From: the human T2T-CHM13v2.0 reference genome, Homo sapiens | DNA length: 64,000 bases | Direction: 5' to 3' (one strand) | NCBI RefSeq assembly: GCF_009914755.1 | Contig: NC_060930.1 | Part shown: positions 24,511-39,168 of the stretch, in pieces | Position numbering within the stretch: position 1 is the first letter of the stretch | Layout of the letters: each line of letters begins with the position of its first letter | Translations under genes and position numbers: made by a program | Notes under the pieces: model-generated | Database searches by the model: none | Told to the model about the DNA's origin: nothing | What the model saw: only the letters and a program-made list of their open reading frames with translations

Positions 24511-25571
24511 CTGAATTAAGAGAAATAATGTAAGATAAACTGTGACCTGCTCCAGGATTTTATTTGCACAACTACTGTCATTGATAGTCTAATCAAGTGT
24601 CGAAGGCTGCAAATACCATTTGATTTTAGAACTTTTACACAGAAATCAGCACCACAAGTTTCTTATGCTGCTGATAATATTTGAATCCTTTCTATTTTTA
24701 CCTTCTCTTCCCTAACAAACCACTTCCCATGATTCATTTTTATTGCAATCAAACAAGTGCTGCTCTAATGGCATGTAGAATTTAATCAATTAATGGAGTT
24801 CAATAGGCCATTTCCAGTTGCAATACTTTGAGAGGTTAATTTTGCAAACACCTGAATACTTTGGAAGATTATAGAACAGCCTGAAATTACTGAGTAGATG
24901 CCTAATCTCAGTGGACTGAAAAGAAAGGGATCAATATATAAGTGAAACCTTTTCTCTACCAAACGTCCTTGGACAAGTTGCTAATTCCCCACTGAAGCAG
25001 GATCTTCATCTTAAATATACATTGCCAGGTTGTTTTAAAAAATAATTGTTCTGAAAAATTGTTCGTGCCCTGGCTATATTTATCATGTATGCTAGCTTCC
25101 TTCTTTACCGTACCTGCATTGTTGATTCCTGGAAATAAACAACTATTCATGACAAAAAAAATTATCATTCAAACATAACATAAAATACTATCAAAGTGAC
25201 CATAAAAACAACAATAGCAACAACCAAAGAGCAAAAGAAAGAGAAAAAAAGGAGGTGTGTGAGTGCGTGTGTGTCTGTGTGTGTGGGTATGTATGTAGAT
25301 AGATAAGAAAGATAATTGTTAATTGATTCTTAGACATTTCATTTAGGTTTTTGGATTGCTGATTAATTTGACCAATACATTTATTTACTACCTATATTAT
25401 AAAGAATGGTTTATAGCAATAGTCATAGAACATTGTTAGCAAAATTAACCTTTTTATAACTGATATGTTAAAAGTAAGAGTTAACTAATTCATAATAAGA
25501 ATTAACTGGTTGGCTATGCTTTAACATTTTCCACGTAAGACACAAATTCAATTGAACACATTTCTTTGCCC

Positions 25572-26080
25572 TTGAATTCTCAGACTTTCGTCTACATTAG
25601 AATCACCTGGAAGGCTTGACAAACACAGATTTGTAGGTCCGTCCCCAGAGTTTCTCATTGAGTAGGTATGGGGTACAGGTCAAGGATTCGTATTTGCAAA
25701 AAGTTTCACAGTTATGGCCGGGCGCAGTGGCTGACGCCTGTATTCCCAGCACTTTGGGAGGCCGAGGCGGGTGGATCATGAGGTCAGGAGATCGAGACCA
25801 TCCTGGCTAACACGGTGAAACCCCGTCTCCACTAAAAATACAGAAAAAAAAAATTAGCCGGACGTGGTGGCGGGCGCCTATAGTCCCAGCTGCTGGGGAG
25901 GATGAGAGAGGAAAATGGCGTGAACCCGGGAGGCGGGGCTTGCAGTGAGCCGAGATCGCTCCACGGCAGTCCGGACCGGCCTGGGCGAAAGAGCGAGACT
26001 CCGTCTCAAAAAAAAAAAAAAAAGTTTCACATTTATGCTGATGCTGCTGGTTTGGGAACCACACTTCAAGAACTGCTGTC
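25572..26080 (+). mobile_element. MER5A hAT MITE split by an AluY
   Basis: cattagaatcacctggaaggctt...cccagagtttctcattgagtagg before the Alu; gctgatgctgctggtttgggaaccacactt after it. Confidence 0.85.
25716..26018 (+). mobile_element. AluY-lineage element, full length
   Basis: gagatcgagaccatcctggctaacacggtg and aatggcgtgaacccgggagg; 18-bp TSD aaaaagtttcaca(g/t)ttat at 25698-25715 / 26019-26036. Confidence 0.97.
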
Positions 26081-26127
26081 CAATAGTTTCTTTTCAAGCA
26101 ATTCATTGTAAGGTAATTGATTTTTAT

Positions 26128-26660
26128 TGTGCTAGGCTGTTAACTTATTTGGCTTCCTGTGAATCACATCCTCTGGGTACCAATGCCCTTTGCACGAATA
26201 TGGGATGGGCTGGTGGCTTGTTTTAAACAATAGAATGAGGCAGAAATGATGCTGTCCTAGTTGTGGACCTGAGCTTTGAGATGGTCTGGTAGCTTTTACT
26301 TTTGTGCTAGTAGAAAGCAGCCAGCACATGAAAAAAATCTAACTACTTTGAGACCCTTATGTTTGAGAAAGTTCAAGATAAGTGCATGGAGAGGCCACAT
26401 AGCAGAGAATTGAAGAACCAAGCCAGCAGGGAGAACAGGTCCCAGGCAGACAGCCCCTGCCTGATGGCTCCCATCATCCAGACAGCATAAATTTATCTTA
26501 CGGGTGAGGCCACTGTAAACCAGCTAGCCATCAGTCAGCACTAAGTAAAGCAGAAAAACTGCCAGCTCAACCCATGATCATGAGAAATAATAAACTGTTT
26601 TTGTTTAAGCCATTCAGTTTTTGAGGTGACTTTTTAAGGCAGTGTTAGAAAGTTAAAACA
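26128..26660 (+). mobile_element. MLT1G/H-type MaLR 5' LTR
   Basis: tg start; caatagaatgaggcagaaatgatgctg; atggagaggccaca; atcatgagaaataataaa...tttaagcca...aaaaca. Confidence 0.8.
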
Positions 26661-28366
<1,706 letters not shown>

Positions 28367-28628
28367 AAACTTAACTGCAGGAAAAGGCCATGTGTGGCAG
28401 CCCCTGAGCTTCTGGCTGACAACTGGCATTGGACTTGTCAGCCAAGAGAATCAGCCATTGTGGAAGTAGACCCTCCAGCCTGAGTTGAACCACCTTAACT
28501 GACACCATTGCAAAGATCATTTCAACCCAAATTGCATAATTATCAACAAAGAAATTATTGTTGTTTTAACCCATTTAGCCCAGTAAATTTTAGAGTACTT
28601 TCTTATGCAACAAGAGATATTTAAAATG
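28367..28628 (+). mobile_element. MLT1-type 3' LTR, 5'-deleted
   Basis: cagccattgtggaagtagaccctccagcc, cccaaattgcataattatcaacaaa, ttgttgttttaaccca, ttatgcaacaagagata. Confidence 0.65.
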
Positions 28629-29444
28629 TTTTGTCTCTGGCACAAAGACAGATTAGAGTATTTTCTTAAAACTACCATCTCATCCCTTTTCCATAGCTTG
28701 ACTCCTGGGATTCCTATTAGGTTTTGCTCATTTATGAGTTTTTCTAGAAAACACAGCCCCAGTTTTCTTTCCACATTCATCTTCTTCCCCCCTCTTCTAC
28801 TTCGCATTCATCACTTGTTATGGTAACCAGTGGATACATTCACAGTCATTAATTAGTTTTTTTTCTGCTTTCATATACTGTATCTAGCATTCAATTTTAA
28901 AATCTTATCCTCACAGAAACCATTGAAATAAATCCTACTGAGTAGTGCTGGAATCTGTTTGGTAGGGATGGGGTTAGGAAATCTTCTCAGCCTCTGAGTT
29001 CCCTCTGGTTACTTTCCTAGGCTCAGAGGATGCATAAATGGTGCTCACAGGTGATTGTGCAGTGCCTACAGGGTACAAGCACATCTGGACTCTATCTGTC
29101 CAACCATCTCCAGTCCTGAACAACCAAGAAATTATTTTGCTCAGATTGCTTTATTTTAAAGCCTACCAAACTTCCAGTTTTCCTTTAAAGTCAAGTGGTT
29201 GAGTCATTAATATTTTATTTTGGAGGATTAAATTTGATACAGACAGGATTTTATTTTTTGAGAAATTGTAAGATGTTCAAAGGAGTGAGATAAATTCTTC
29301 ACCTTTGGAAAATGTCAAGGCTAAGTTAATATTCTTCTTGCCTTCCAAATATGGCTCTATTTTATCTTCTAATGATAAATATCAATAAATATTCAATATG
29401 TGATATATTGCAGCACTGAACGTTCCTATGGTCTACTTAGTTCT

Positions 29445-29590
29445 GCTTCTTTCATTTATTCACTTATATATATGTCTATCCAGCCATCAATATTTCATGG
29501 TCATTTTTTTTCTGAATAGCTCTATATTAAGGATTGAAATAAACACACAAAATAAAAAGTAATGTCATGACTTTCATGGATTGAAAGAAA
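29445..29590 (-). mobile_element. L2 3' fragment
   Basis: ttcatttattcacttat...gtcatgactttcatgga. Confidence 0.4.
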
Positions 29591-30261
29591 TCCATTTCAC
29601 TTTAAGGGATCTTGGAGAAATAGATGGTTCTTGAACTTGATTACTTTATATTTAAGTAGTTACTAAAAGGCTTTAAAAAAAGAAACAGATATTTAAATAG
29701 TATTTTGACACATCGTAGAGTTCTCTGCAAGTTTGTTGAAACCTCAGTGAATGAATAAATGAGATGAATAAATGGAGTATCATCTGAGTGCTTACCTAAA
29801 ACCTAGGAAGATCAAAGGATGCCAAGGAAATTCTGTTTTCTAAATTGGGGCATGTTTTGCCTAGTTCAAGTTCTTTTATCTTTCTCTCAGCCTCACTTAG
29901 GAACTTTTAGAATCTGTATATTGTTCTCCTTCACCAGGAAGTCAAAAATAAGAGAAAAATAAGAGAAATACGAAAAAGCATCTTTGCTTCGAGAAAGAAT
30001 AGCCAATGCTTCCAGATAATCATATAAAACCCTTCTTAAAAGAAAAAAAAAGACTTGAAGCCACTAACAGAGGAAGAGTTATTTTCTTGGAATTTATACT
30101 AACCTGTCTTTTAGTAAGTCTCAATTTGAAAGACTGAGTAGAGGCCAGAACTGTTAGAGAAAAACAGAGTATCAGGATTGGAGAGGGCCCCATGTATTAT
30201 TAGTTGTGAAAAATAAATCCTATATGATTCTTTAACATGCAAAGACGGTAAAGGGAATAGA

Positions 30262-30790
30262 AATATTTTGATTACATGTGGCTGTGTAACAAATTACCCT
30301 AAAATGTAAGGGCTTAAAAGAACTACTCTTGCATCATTTCTCATGATGTCATAGGGGAGTGGTATGCTGATGTTACAATGTCCAAATGGCTTTTTCACTC
30401 ACATGCTTCAGACATGTATGTGGCTCAAAATGGCTCAGCCTGGGTCATGTGTCTGGGACTTAAATTTTCTCTTTTAGTTGGGCTCATTGGCTGTCTTCCA
30501 GTAGTCTAAGGGTTTCTGTTTCTCTATAGGTTCTCTTCATGTGGCCTTAACACACATGTCTCTAGCAGGGATGCCACACTTCTTACACAGAAGCTGGGGC
30601 TCCCAGGAATGCAAAAGCAGAAGCTGCCAGGGCTTCTTAAGCTTTAGGTCTGAAATAGGGCGGCAATATTTCCACTGCATTGTATCAATTAAAGCAAGTT
30701 TCAGGCCCACCTCATATTCAAGAATAGTGTACTACACGAAGATGTGAATACCAGAAGGAATAGGCCATTGTGGCATTCCAACATAACAGA
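30262..30790 (-). mobile_element. MLT1 (H/I/J-like) MaLR LTR
   Basis: gctgtgtaacaaattaccctaaaat, tccaaatggctttttcactcacatg, gaagctgccagg, ttccactgcattgtatcaattaaagcaagt. Confidence 0.8.
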
Positions 30791-33700
30791 AAACCAAAAT
30801 ACAGTATTTAGACCGGCTAACTGGAGCCCAAAGTCTAAAACCAAAGTTGCAAAACATGCATTTGACTCCTGCAAAATGTTTAGATGGCAAGAAGAGAAGA
30901 TCATCATAGAGTGACTGATGCTAAGTCTCCCAAGAATGGAATAAGTAGGGAAAAAAATGCGCTGGAGAATGAGAGACTATTTCATTTGTCATCTTGAACA
31001 TTAATTGTTTTGATTGAAATCATCCTTTTCAATATCAGAGAACAGAATGAATTTTACCATAGTGTTGTAAATTATACTCTAGAAAAATCAGACTCCGTAA
31101 AAGTATTCTCTATTTAAGGAATGTGTGTTTTCCCGCAAAATTTTTATCCTTGGTGCTTTGTCATAAAAAATTATAAAATAAGAGAAAGTAAGGAGAACAC
31201 TACTTTAACTGAATCTTATGTATTTTAGCTGCGGGCTGCAGCTTTACAGGGGTAAACAAGTATCCAAAGAGATTTTATACACGGGAACACCACCATTTAC
31301 ATCTTTTGTTCTGTTTTCTTGCATGTCGTACAAGGTCATGCCTAAAAATGAATTAAAGGGCAACTGTCAAGATGATAGCTTAAAAATAATCTTTTCTGCA
31401 CTGCTTCTGGGATGCTCAACTGTGTAGTTTAAAAAAAGACATGTTTAATCATCTTATCTGGTTAATTTACATTAACTCATTGTAAGATATTAAAAGAATG
31501 ACAGGGCAATTCATACTTATTTTTTGTATGTTTCACTATCTGTTGCTCTAGGACTAACTCACTTTTACAAATGAAAGTTGGAATAGGTAGCAAAAACATT
31601 GCAGGGGAAAAGAAAATCTAAAACACGACTTCAAGTTCCTTACAGAATAATTTGTTTTCTTAACTTTAAATTCTATTTTCTATTTTTTTATATTATTTTA
31701 ACATTTCAAATTTGTGTCTAACCTCACGTGTAGTAATTTACTCTAGGTTCGCTCTAATTATAGTCCCAGTTTCTATTTTCCTGCCATATAGACTCAAAAT
31801 ACATTTTTATGCAGCTCTGCAGCTGTGCATGAGATGAAATATTTGAATCGCAACTGATGTTGTGTGTGCTTTTCACCCCAGGAGATTTCTTTCAAGAAAA
31901 AGCAATGGCCAGGATGTCTCAGCATTTCTTTATCAGTATTCACACAGCTTTTATTTGTGGCTTCATTTTAATCCTTGGGCATAAGAATTGGAGCTCTAAA
32001 TGTGTACTCTCTGTTTACATTATATAAAATGGCCAAGGAAGAGGAAAAGGGGGGAAAAGAATGTAGAAATAAGATTTTAAAATATGATTGCTGCCCTGAT
32101 GTGAAGAAATTAGGTGTAAAACGATAGCCAAAATTTACATGTGTGCATGTGTGTGTGTGTGTACATTTGTGTGTTGCAACCTCTTTGTTGACTCATAATC
32201 AACACCATTTTCAAAAAAGCTTATTAGCAAGAATGCCTATTCTACTTTGATACTTCAATTGTGATTTTTTTCTTAATTTGCAGCCTTGGTGCGTATGGAT
32301 ATATGTACACATGATACACATGATCACTTATCATTAAAAGGAACATATGTGATTATGTTCCTTTACTAATAAGGTGACTTCTTTGTTTGTCTGAAAACCA
32401 CAAGATAAGTCAAGACCCTTCTCCCTTCTCTTACCACCAGCGTTTTGAACTGCTCTGAATAATCTAAAGCTCTGTTCAGCTTGCAGCCAGATGTGAACAA
32501 TCACTGCTTGACACGGAGTACAAATAACACCTACTCCAGCCATTACTCTTCAATTGGAGCTCTGCTCTTGATGGAGGCTGAGATTGCTCTGGCTTGTGTA
32601 ACTTGCACATGGACAGTAGTAGGCACAGAGTGAGAAGGAGGTCAGAGTGTTTAGGCTGCAAGCTAGAGACCGCTCTGCTCTGGACGTCTCCCAAATGAGA
32701 GTGGTCTGTTTTAAAGTGAAGTGCGGTCACAGGCCACAGTTCAACCTGAAGGACTGAGTAGACTAATGTATTTGGCAGACTTAGACCCGTTAAAACAAAA
32801 CAAAATAAAAAATAAAGTGAAGAAGGCTATAAGCCTACTTTGAAACCTAAATGGCCATTCACTTTCATTTATGAAAAGCTTCGGAAGTCTTCTAACCATC
32901 CTAGGCTAAACTGTTTATGGTTCATGGTGTTAGAGAAAATGGAGTCTTGACATTCTGACCTTGCATGAACCTGAGATCTAGAAGAGAATGAAAGAGCCTG
33001 GAGAGCAGAAGTGCTATTCCCTTAGCAAGCTGCTATGCTTGATGGTCGTGGTCAGAGCTTACCAAGATCCTGGGATTGTGCTTCAAAAATAAAACTAACA
33101 ACCCTTAATTCCATGTAGTATTGATTGGCTTTGTTTCTGCTGCGTGAGTCTTTTTTTAAATTTTATTTTTAAAGTGAGGTTGCAATCATTGCTTCCTCCT
33201 GGATGTTGAGTACTTTTTGTAAAGAATAACAGCATGTTCCACCCGCAGAAAAGGCCCCTACTGAGTTAATGCTCAAGTCCAAGGGATCTGAGCTATACAA
33301 ACCAGGAAAACAGGTTGTCTTCCATTGTGCTTTATTCCTTAATTATTTCTGTTTTATTTACTTTTGCATCTTAAATGTTGTTTTTGCCAGAATTGAGATT
33401 GTCTTCTTTTAAATCTTCATATTGAATTAATTCCCTCAGAGAAATATATGAAATGTTTGCACTTAACATGGTGAAAATAAACACGGGCCACGAATTGCGG
33501 TTCATACTAGTGAAGTTCGTGGTTCAATGATTAGAAAAGGAAAGCAAAAAGGAGAGCAATGTATCCTTTAAAGGAGGCCTGGGTTGCATAAGAAGATGTA
33601 AAATGCATAAAAATTTCCTGCCTTTAAAGATCATTTAGAAGTGAAAACTGGAGGAGGGAAAAAATGCTGTCATATTCCTGAGACAGAAAAGAGAAAACTC

Positions 33701-34069
33701 TCAGTGTGAACTCTGGCTCCATTGAGTACTTGTTGCTGTGATACTGTCAGACTCTGTTATTGGTGGCCCACAGGAAGCCTGCAACTCACTGACTGCCACT
33801 AGTTAAATTAAATTAAATTGTGCCACCTTGGCTCCTAGAGCTATGAATAGACCTACCCTAATTTGTTTCACCTTTGGGGAAAATCACCTGTTATAAGTAT
33901 GCTCTGTGAAAAGGGTACTAGATTTCCCTTGAAAATAATCTTTATGTATTGAAGCTTTTCAGAAAGGTAGAGCTGCTGAACATAAATAATTTAAGAAATG
34001 ATCAGATGAGATATAAACATTAAGAATGCTGATCCAAATGTACATGCATGTTGAAAAAAATCTAAAAAT

Positions 34070-34860
34070 TGAAATTATTTCGTTAATTCAGTGATATATT
34101 TGAAGGTGCACAGATCTTAAATGAAGATCTTGAATGTTTACGTGTTGTAGAAACATTTTTAACCATGCACAGATCAAGATACAGAACATTTCTTGCCCCT
34201 TAGGAGGCTTCCAGCTCACCTTGCATGGCAAATGTGCACCCCAAAGGGAGCCATTATTCTGTATCACCTGGTTTTGAATGTCACACAAAATAAAAGATAT
34301 GGAGTTCACGTATTTGTACCTAATGTCTTTTACTCATCATATATCTGTCAAATTCATCCCAGTTGATACAACTGGGAAGTATATGAGTAGTTGATTCTTT
34401 TATAGATATATAAATTAAATTATATATCTCTAATTTATTTACCATATCCCCATATTGGAATATATATATATTCCAGTAGTTCATTCTTTTATATGTATAT
34501 AAATTTATATATATTTATATTTATATATTCCAGTATGGGGCTATGATAAATAAAGCTGCTATGAACACTATTGTATATACCCTTTGGAGGACAAAGCACT
34601 CATTTTGGACAGGTACATACCCAACAGTGAAATTACAGGTTATAGAGTATATTGATTTATTAGGTGCTGCCAAAGAGTTTTCTAAAGTCATCATACCAAT
34701 TGACACTCTCATCAGCAATTCAAGAGTTTTTGTTGCTCCACATTCTACCCAACACTCTATATTCTTAATTGTAGCCATGCTGCTACTTGTTAGTATATCT
34801 TAATTTATATTTTTCTGATGAATAATCATGTTGAGCATCTTTTTATATGTTTATTGCCCC
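34070..34860 (-). mobile_element. Old L1M (L1ME/MC-like) 3' fragment
   Basis: gtgcacagatctta, cagatcaagatacagaacattt, gggctatgataaataaagctgctatgaaca, gttgctccacattctacccaacact, gttgagcatctttttatatgtttattg. Confidence 0.85.
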
Positions 34861-34890
34861 AACTGTTTTTAAAATATAAAATTTGGGAGT

Positions 34891-35290
34891 TTATGTGATT
34901 TGAATCTGTGTCCCTGCCCAAATCTCACGTGAAATTTTAATCCCCAGTGTTGGAGCTGGGGCCAGGTTGGATCATGAGGGTGGATTTCTCATGAATGGTT
35001 TGGCACCATCCCCTTGGTGCTGATCTCAGGAGAGTGAGTGAGATCTGGTTGTTTAAAAGTGCATAGCAACTCCCCACTCACTCTCTCTTGTCCCTGCTCT
35101 TGCTGTGTGAACCGCTTGCTCCTGCTTTGACTTCCACCATGAGTAAAAGCCACCTGAAGCCTCCCCAGAAGCAGATGCCACCATGCTTCCTGTACAGCCT
35201 GTACACCTGTGAGCCAATTAAACCTCTGTTCTTTATGAGTTACCCAGTCTAAGGTATTTCTTTATAGCAGTGCAAGAACGAACCGACATA
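34891..35290 (+). mobile_element. MSTA MaLR solo LTR
   Basis: ctgtgtccctgcccaaatctca, catgaatggtttggcaccatccccttggtgctg, gcctccccagaagcagatgcc, gagccaattaaacctct; TSD ggagt/gaagt. Confidence 0.9.
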
Positions 35291-36636
35291 GAAGTTCAGC
35301 TTAAAAATTTACTCCAAGAGGCCTGGGGATCATATCAGTTTCTTGGCAGTGAAAACAAAGGTGAGAAAACAAAACTAAAGTTTATTTAGTGCCTATCATG
35401 TTGTGAGAACTTTAGTTATGCCATCTCAATTAATTCTTTTAATGGACATATGTGGTGTTTTTAATGGCTATAAAATTCGTAAGTTTATGAATAGAGTTCA
35501 TTCAGTTATCTAATCTCTCTCCTCCTTCTATACCCTGATATGCCTTGATTCTCCATTATCCTCATGTAAGTTGGAGATTAATGTGTTTCCTTATTTATGG
35601 AGAATAATGGTTATTGCTATGGCTTCTTGATAATATTTCCTTAACCTATTAGCAATCTAACATCATCAGGTGGGATGGTTTTCTCTATGGTTTTTGGTTT
35701 TTGAATTTTCACAATAAATCTCTATTTCCTTTGTAATTGAAAAAAAAAAACTGTAGAGTTATTTCCATTTTAGGGAAAAAAATCTCTTCCTTCCTCCTGG
35801 CTAAATGAGAAACCAGGTTCTTGCCTTCTCAAATTGTATTATGAGAGGGTAATCAATGACCTGTTTGCTTTATTACTTATTTTCAAAGGCATCTCGGCTT
35901 GCAGCTTTAAATTAATAAATAGTCTAGTCCTAACTCTGAAGAAATCAAGTATCTTCATTATTCTTTTTAATTTCAGAAATTCTCCCTTATTTCGGGTTTT
36001 CCTTTTACAAAAAAAAATTCTCATATTTATACTTAGTCTTATGGACATAATTAGCCTATTTAAGAAAAAGATAGTGGATATAAAATAACTTGAGAGGAAT
36101 ATCAATCATCTTCCTAATCTCACAAAGAAGTTTATGTGGTACCTTAGGAGGGAGTGTTTAAGTTTGTTGATGAGGTCACTGATGTTATTATTGGGTAAGA
36201 AATTTCCTACATCTCTATTTTCTCTTCCTCTCTTGCCCCTACAACCCAAAACAAAACAAAACAAAACCCCAAAACAAAAAAGAAGAAAAAACTTTACTAA
36301 AAAAAGACATTTAAATATTTTTTTAAAATATTAAAACACACACTGAATATTAACCAAAGACTTTCCTGTATGGTTCTGAAGAATGATGAAGGTAAACTGG
36401 CTAGGTCAAGTGAATATATGGAGGTTTATGCTTTCAACATTTCACACAAAGCTGGGTACGTAACAGATACCCAAACATCCTTGTTTGATTTGTCATATTT
36501 TTCCTTGTCCAGATACTTTTAAATATCAGAGTTGTCTCAGTATGCTTGCTTATCTTGCATCTAAACAAAAGCCTGTTCATTTTTGGTATCGGTTCTTTTT
36601 ACTGCAAAACTAAAAACATCTTTCTTAAACCATCAT

Positions 36637-36696
36637 AATAAACCACTTCAACTTCTGAAGTTCCAGAATAAACCACTTCAACTTCTGAAGTACCAG
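36637..36696. repeat. Tandem duplication, 2 x 30 bp
   Basis: aataaaccacttcaacttctgaagt(t/a)ccag twice, one mismatch. Confidence 0.97.
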
Positions 36697-38059
36697 GTCC
36701 AGATCATTCTTTAATGTCTTCATTAAGGATGAATACATTATCCCTAAGTGTCACCAGGAGCAAATGCATTAACTTCTGAGCCCCCTTGGATAACGTCAAA
36801 TGACATGGCATAACTCCAGCTTGCCCATATTATGTATTTCAATTTTGGTATATTTTGTATCCGTTTTTCTATGTGGCATAATATTCAGTGGTTGGAGGTG
36901 TTCATCCAATTTTAAACCCACATTTTGCCACACATTTGAGTTGATTATTGCAATTGAGTCAGTTGAGAAAAAGCCTATGGATTTAATATAAATGTGCTAT
37001 CTTGTATTTGGCAATGGCAATTGTATATTTGGATAGGCAAGAGGGCTGGCTGCCAGCTCTCCATGGAGGTTGCAATTTCTGATGCTTTTCCCCTAGTCTG
37101 TTTATTTTGACCTTAAAGTAACTTTATTAAGTTAAAGAGTCAGCAATAAATTTCTGTTGTAGAATTCAAAACACTCACATACTTTTTTGGAGTAACAATG
37201 TTTGTCTAGTGGAGGTTGGAATAATTCAGCTCAGTTGCCTACAATCCAATCTTATTTGCAAAGATTGAACTGGATTTTCATTAAGAGTAGGAGCCAGGGG
37301 CAGCAGGGGTGGATGGGTGCCGGGGGAAGCAGAACAAAACCAAAAGGAGAGGTCAGGGAGAATATGGGCGAGACAGTGATCAGGTGTTTGCTTGGAGTTG
37401 CTGCTCAGTGCATGGAGAATGATATTTCTCAGCTGTTATTTTAGATATCTGTGGGTGGCTATTCTGAGATTTATGTAAGGGCTGGACAGGATATGAGTGG
37501 GTGTGACAAAGACGTGGCTTCCCAGGAAAAGCAACCAAACAAGAAAAGGGCATGATAGAAAGGCATAACCTTCATTTAGAGGACAGTTCTTGTATCCCTG
37601 TAGATTTGAAATCTTCAGCTGTGAAGGTGTGCATACAAGGCCAAGGGAAAGGACATATGATTTTAACCAGTATCTCTTGTTCAGCTTTGAAATTCATTAT
37701 ATCAATGAGTGAGATATAATACTTTCCACTGAAGATGCATCTCTCATGGCAGTATACTCACAAATGTGACCACAGGCTGCAGAAACCAGAAGGGAGGAAA
37801 ACCATAAAGGATTAATCGAAATGAAATACAACTGGAAGGAGAATCATCATGTCTTCCATCTTTTTAGCTTCAACAGGAACTAAGGTTGAAAACAAAGTGT
37901 GAAGTCTTTGGAATATTTGAGAATCCATCATTGAAAATGAGAGCCAACTACCTAATAAATAATAAATAAATATTTCCCTTCTCCCAAAACCCACAAAGAA
38001 GTTCTGATTTTGAATACTAGAATGGCTCTAGAAGCCCATTTGGAAATACTTTCTTGTCC

Positions 38060-38629
38060 TTATTTATCCATTGATTCAGTAGACATTGTTTGGGAACTTG
38101 CTACTGCCAATGTCTGTGCTTAGTGTGGAAGTACAGAGATGAGTAAGGTATAGTTTGTTGCGTTTAAGAGTTCACATTCTGCTGGGAGAGACAGATACAT
38201 GCAATATTAGAGCTGTGCACAGGATATTATGGGAACACTAAAAAGTTTTACTTACAAGATAAAGAGTAGCAAGAAGAGCAATGTGAAAATTTTATGGCTA
38301 TGCAAGAGTCATGCCAATGAAAGAACAAAGGAGTAAGGGAGAATATTCCAGGAAACAGGGACTCATTGTGGGAAGGCTAAAGAAAAAAAAATTTTTTTAA
38401 AAAAGGTATAGCACAAGCTGTTTTCTTTAATCCTTATAGAAAGTTTCACATTTGTAAATTTGTTGGGCAGGAAGATAGAAATTAAACTGAAAAGACAGGC
38501 AATGGTCAGATAATAGGATGCCTACCTTTTCCTGCTAAAGACTTGAGAGCTAGAATATAGGACCTAATGGATGGTATAGGCAAAGGGGAGTCACTGAGGG
38601 CTTTAACCAGGGAAATTGATTGAATTTAA
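38060..38629 (-). mobile_element. L2 LINE fragment
   Basis: tatttatccattgattcagtagacatt...gtacagagatgagtaag...cacattctgctgggagagacagat...ggggagtcactgagggctttaaccaggg. Confidence 0.7.
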
Positions 38630-38634
38630 GTACT

Positions 38635-38994
38635 TGATATGATTTGGCTGTGTCCCCACCCAAATCTCATCTTCAATTGTAATCCCCATAATCCCCATGT
38701 GTCATGGGAGGGACCCGGTGGGAGGTAATTGAATCATGGGGGTGGTTTCCCTCATGCTGTTCTCATGATAGTGAGTTCTAATGAGATCCGATGGTTTTAT
38801 AAGCGCCTGGCATTTCCTCTGCTGGCACTTATTCTCTTTCCTGCCACCCTGTGAAGAGGTGCCTTTCACCATGATTGTAAGTTTCCTGAGGCCTCCCCAG
38901 CCATGCGGAACTGTGAGTCAATTAAACCTCCTTCATTTATAAATTACCCAACCTCAGGTATTTCTTCATAGCAGCTTGAGAGCAGACTAATACA
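38635..38994 (+). mobile_element. THE1 (C/D-like) MaLR solo LTR
   Basis: tgatatgatttggctgtgtccccacccaaatctcatctt...cagactaataca; perfect TSD gtact (38630-38634 / 38995-38999). Confidence 0.95.
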
Positions 38995-39045
38995 GTACTA
39001 TAATCAACACTGGCTTTTATTCTGCTTTAAGTGATTAGTTTAAGG

Positions 39046-39168
39046 CAATGTTTCCCAGACTTATCTGCACATTAGAATCCTCTGGGATCTCTTGAAAATT
39101 CCAAAACCCAGACCACATCCCAAGCCAATTAAGTTATGATCTCTGGGGATATATGTTGGGAACCAATG
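39046..39168. mobile_element. Internally deleted MER5-type hAT MITE
   Basis: TIR-like ends caatgtttccca...ttgggaaccaatg; ctgcacattagaatc. Confidence 0.7.

Noticed and set aside
28413-28444. 10-bp inverted repeat tggctgacaa/ttgtcagcca, and short palindromes at 14506, 48155 and about 57665
   Set aside because: Short enough to occur by chance or inherited from repeat sequence
31353-31369. ttaaagggcaactgtca resembling a TTAA-target DNA transposon end
   Set aside because: I found no matching inverted terminus nearby
36637-36696. Direct repeats as a CRISPR-like array (also 44372, 46188, 49415)
   Set aside because: Only two copies each, no spacer series, no cas genes, and the DNA is primate
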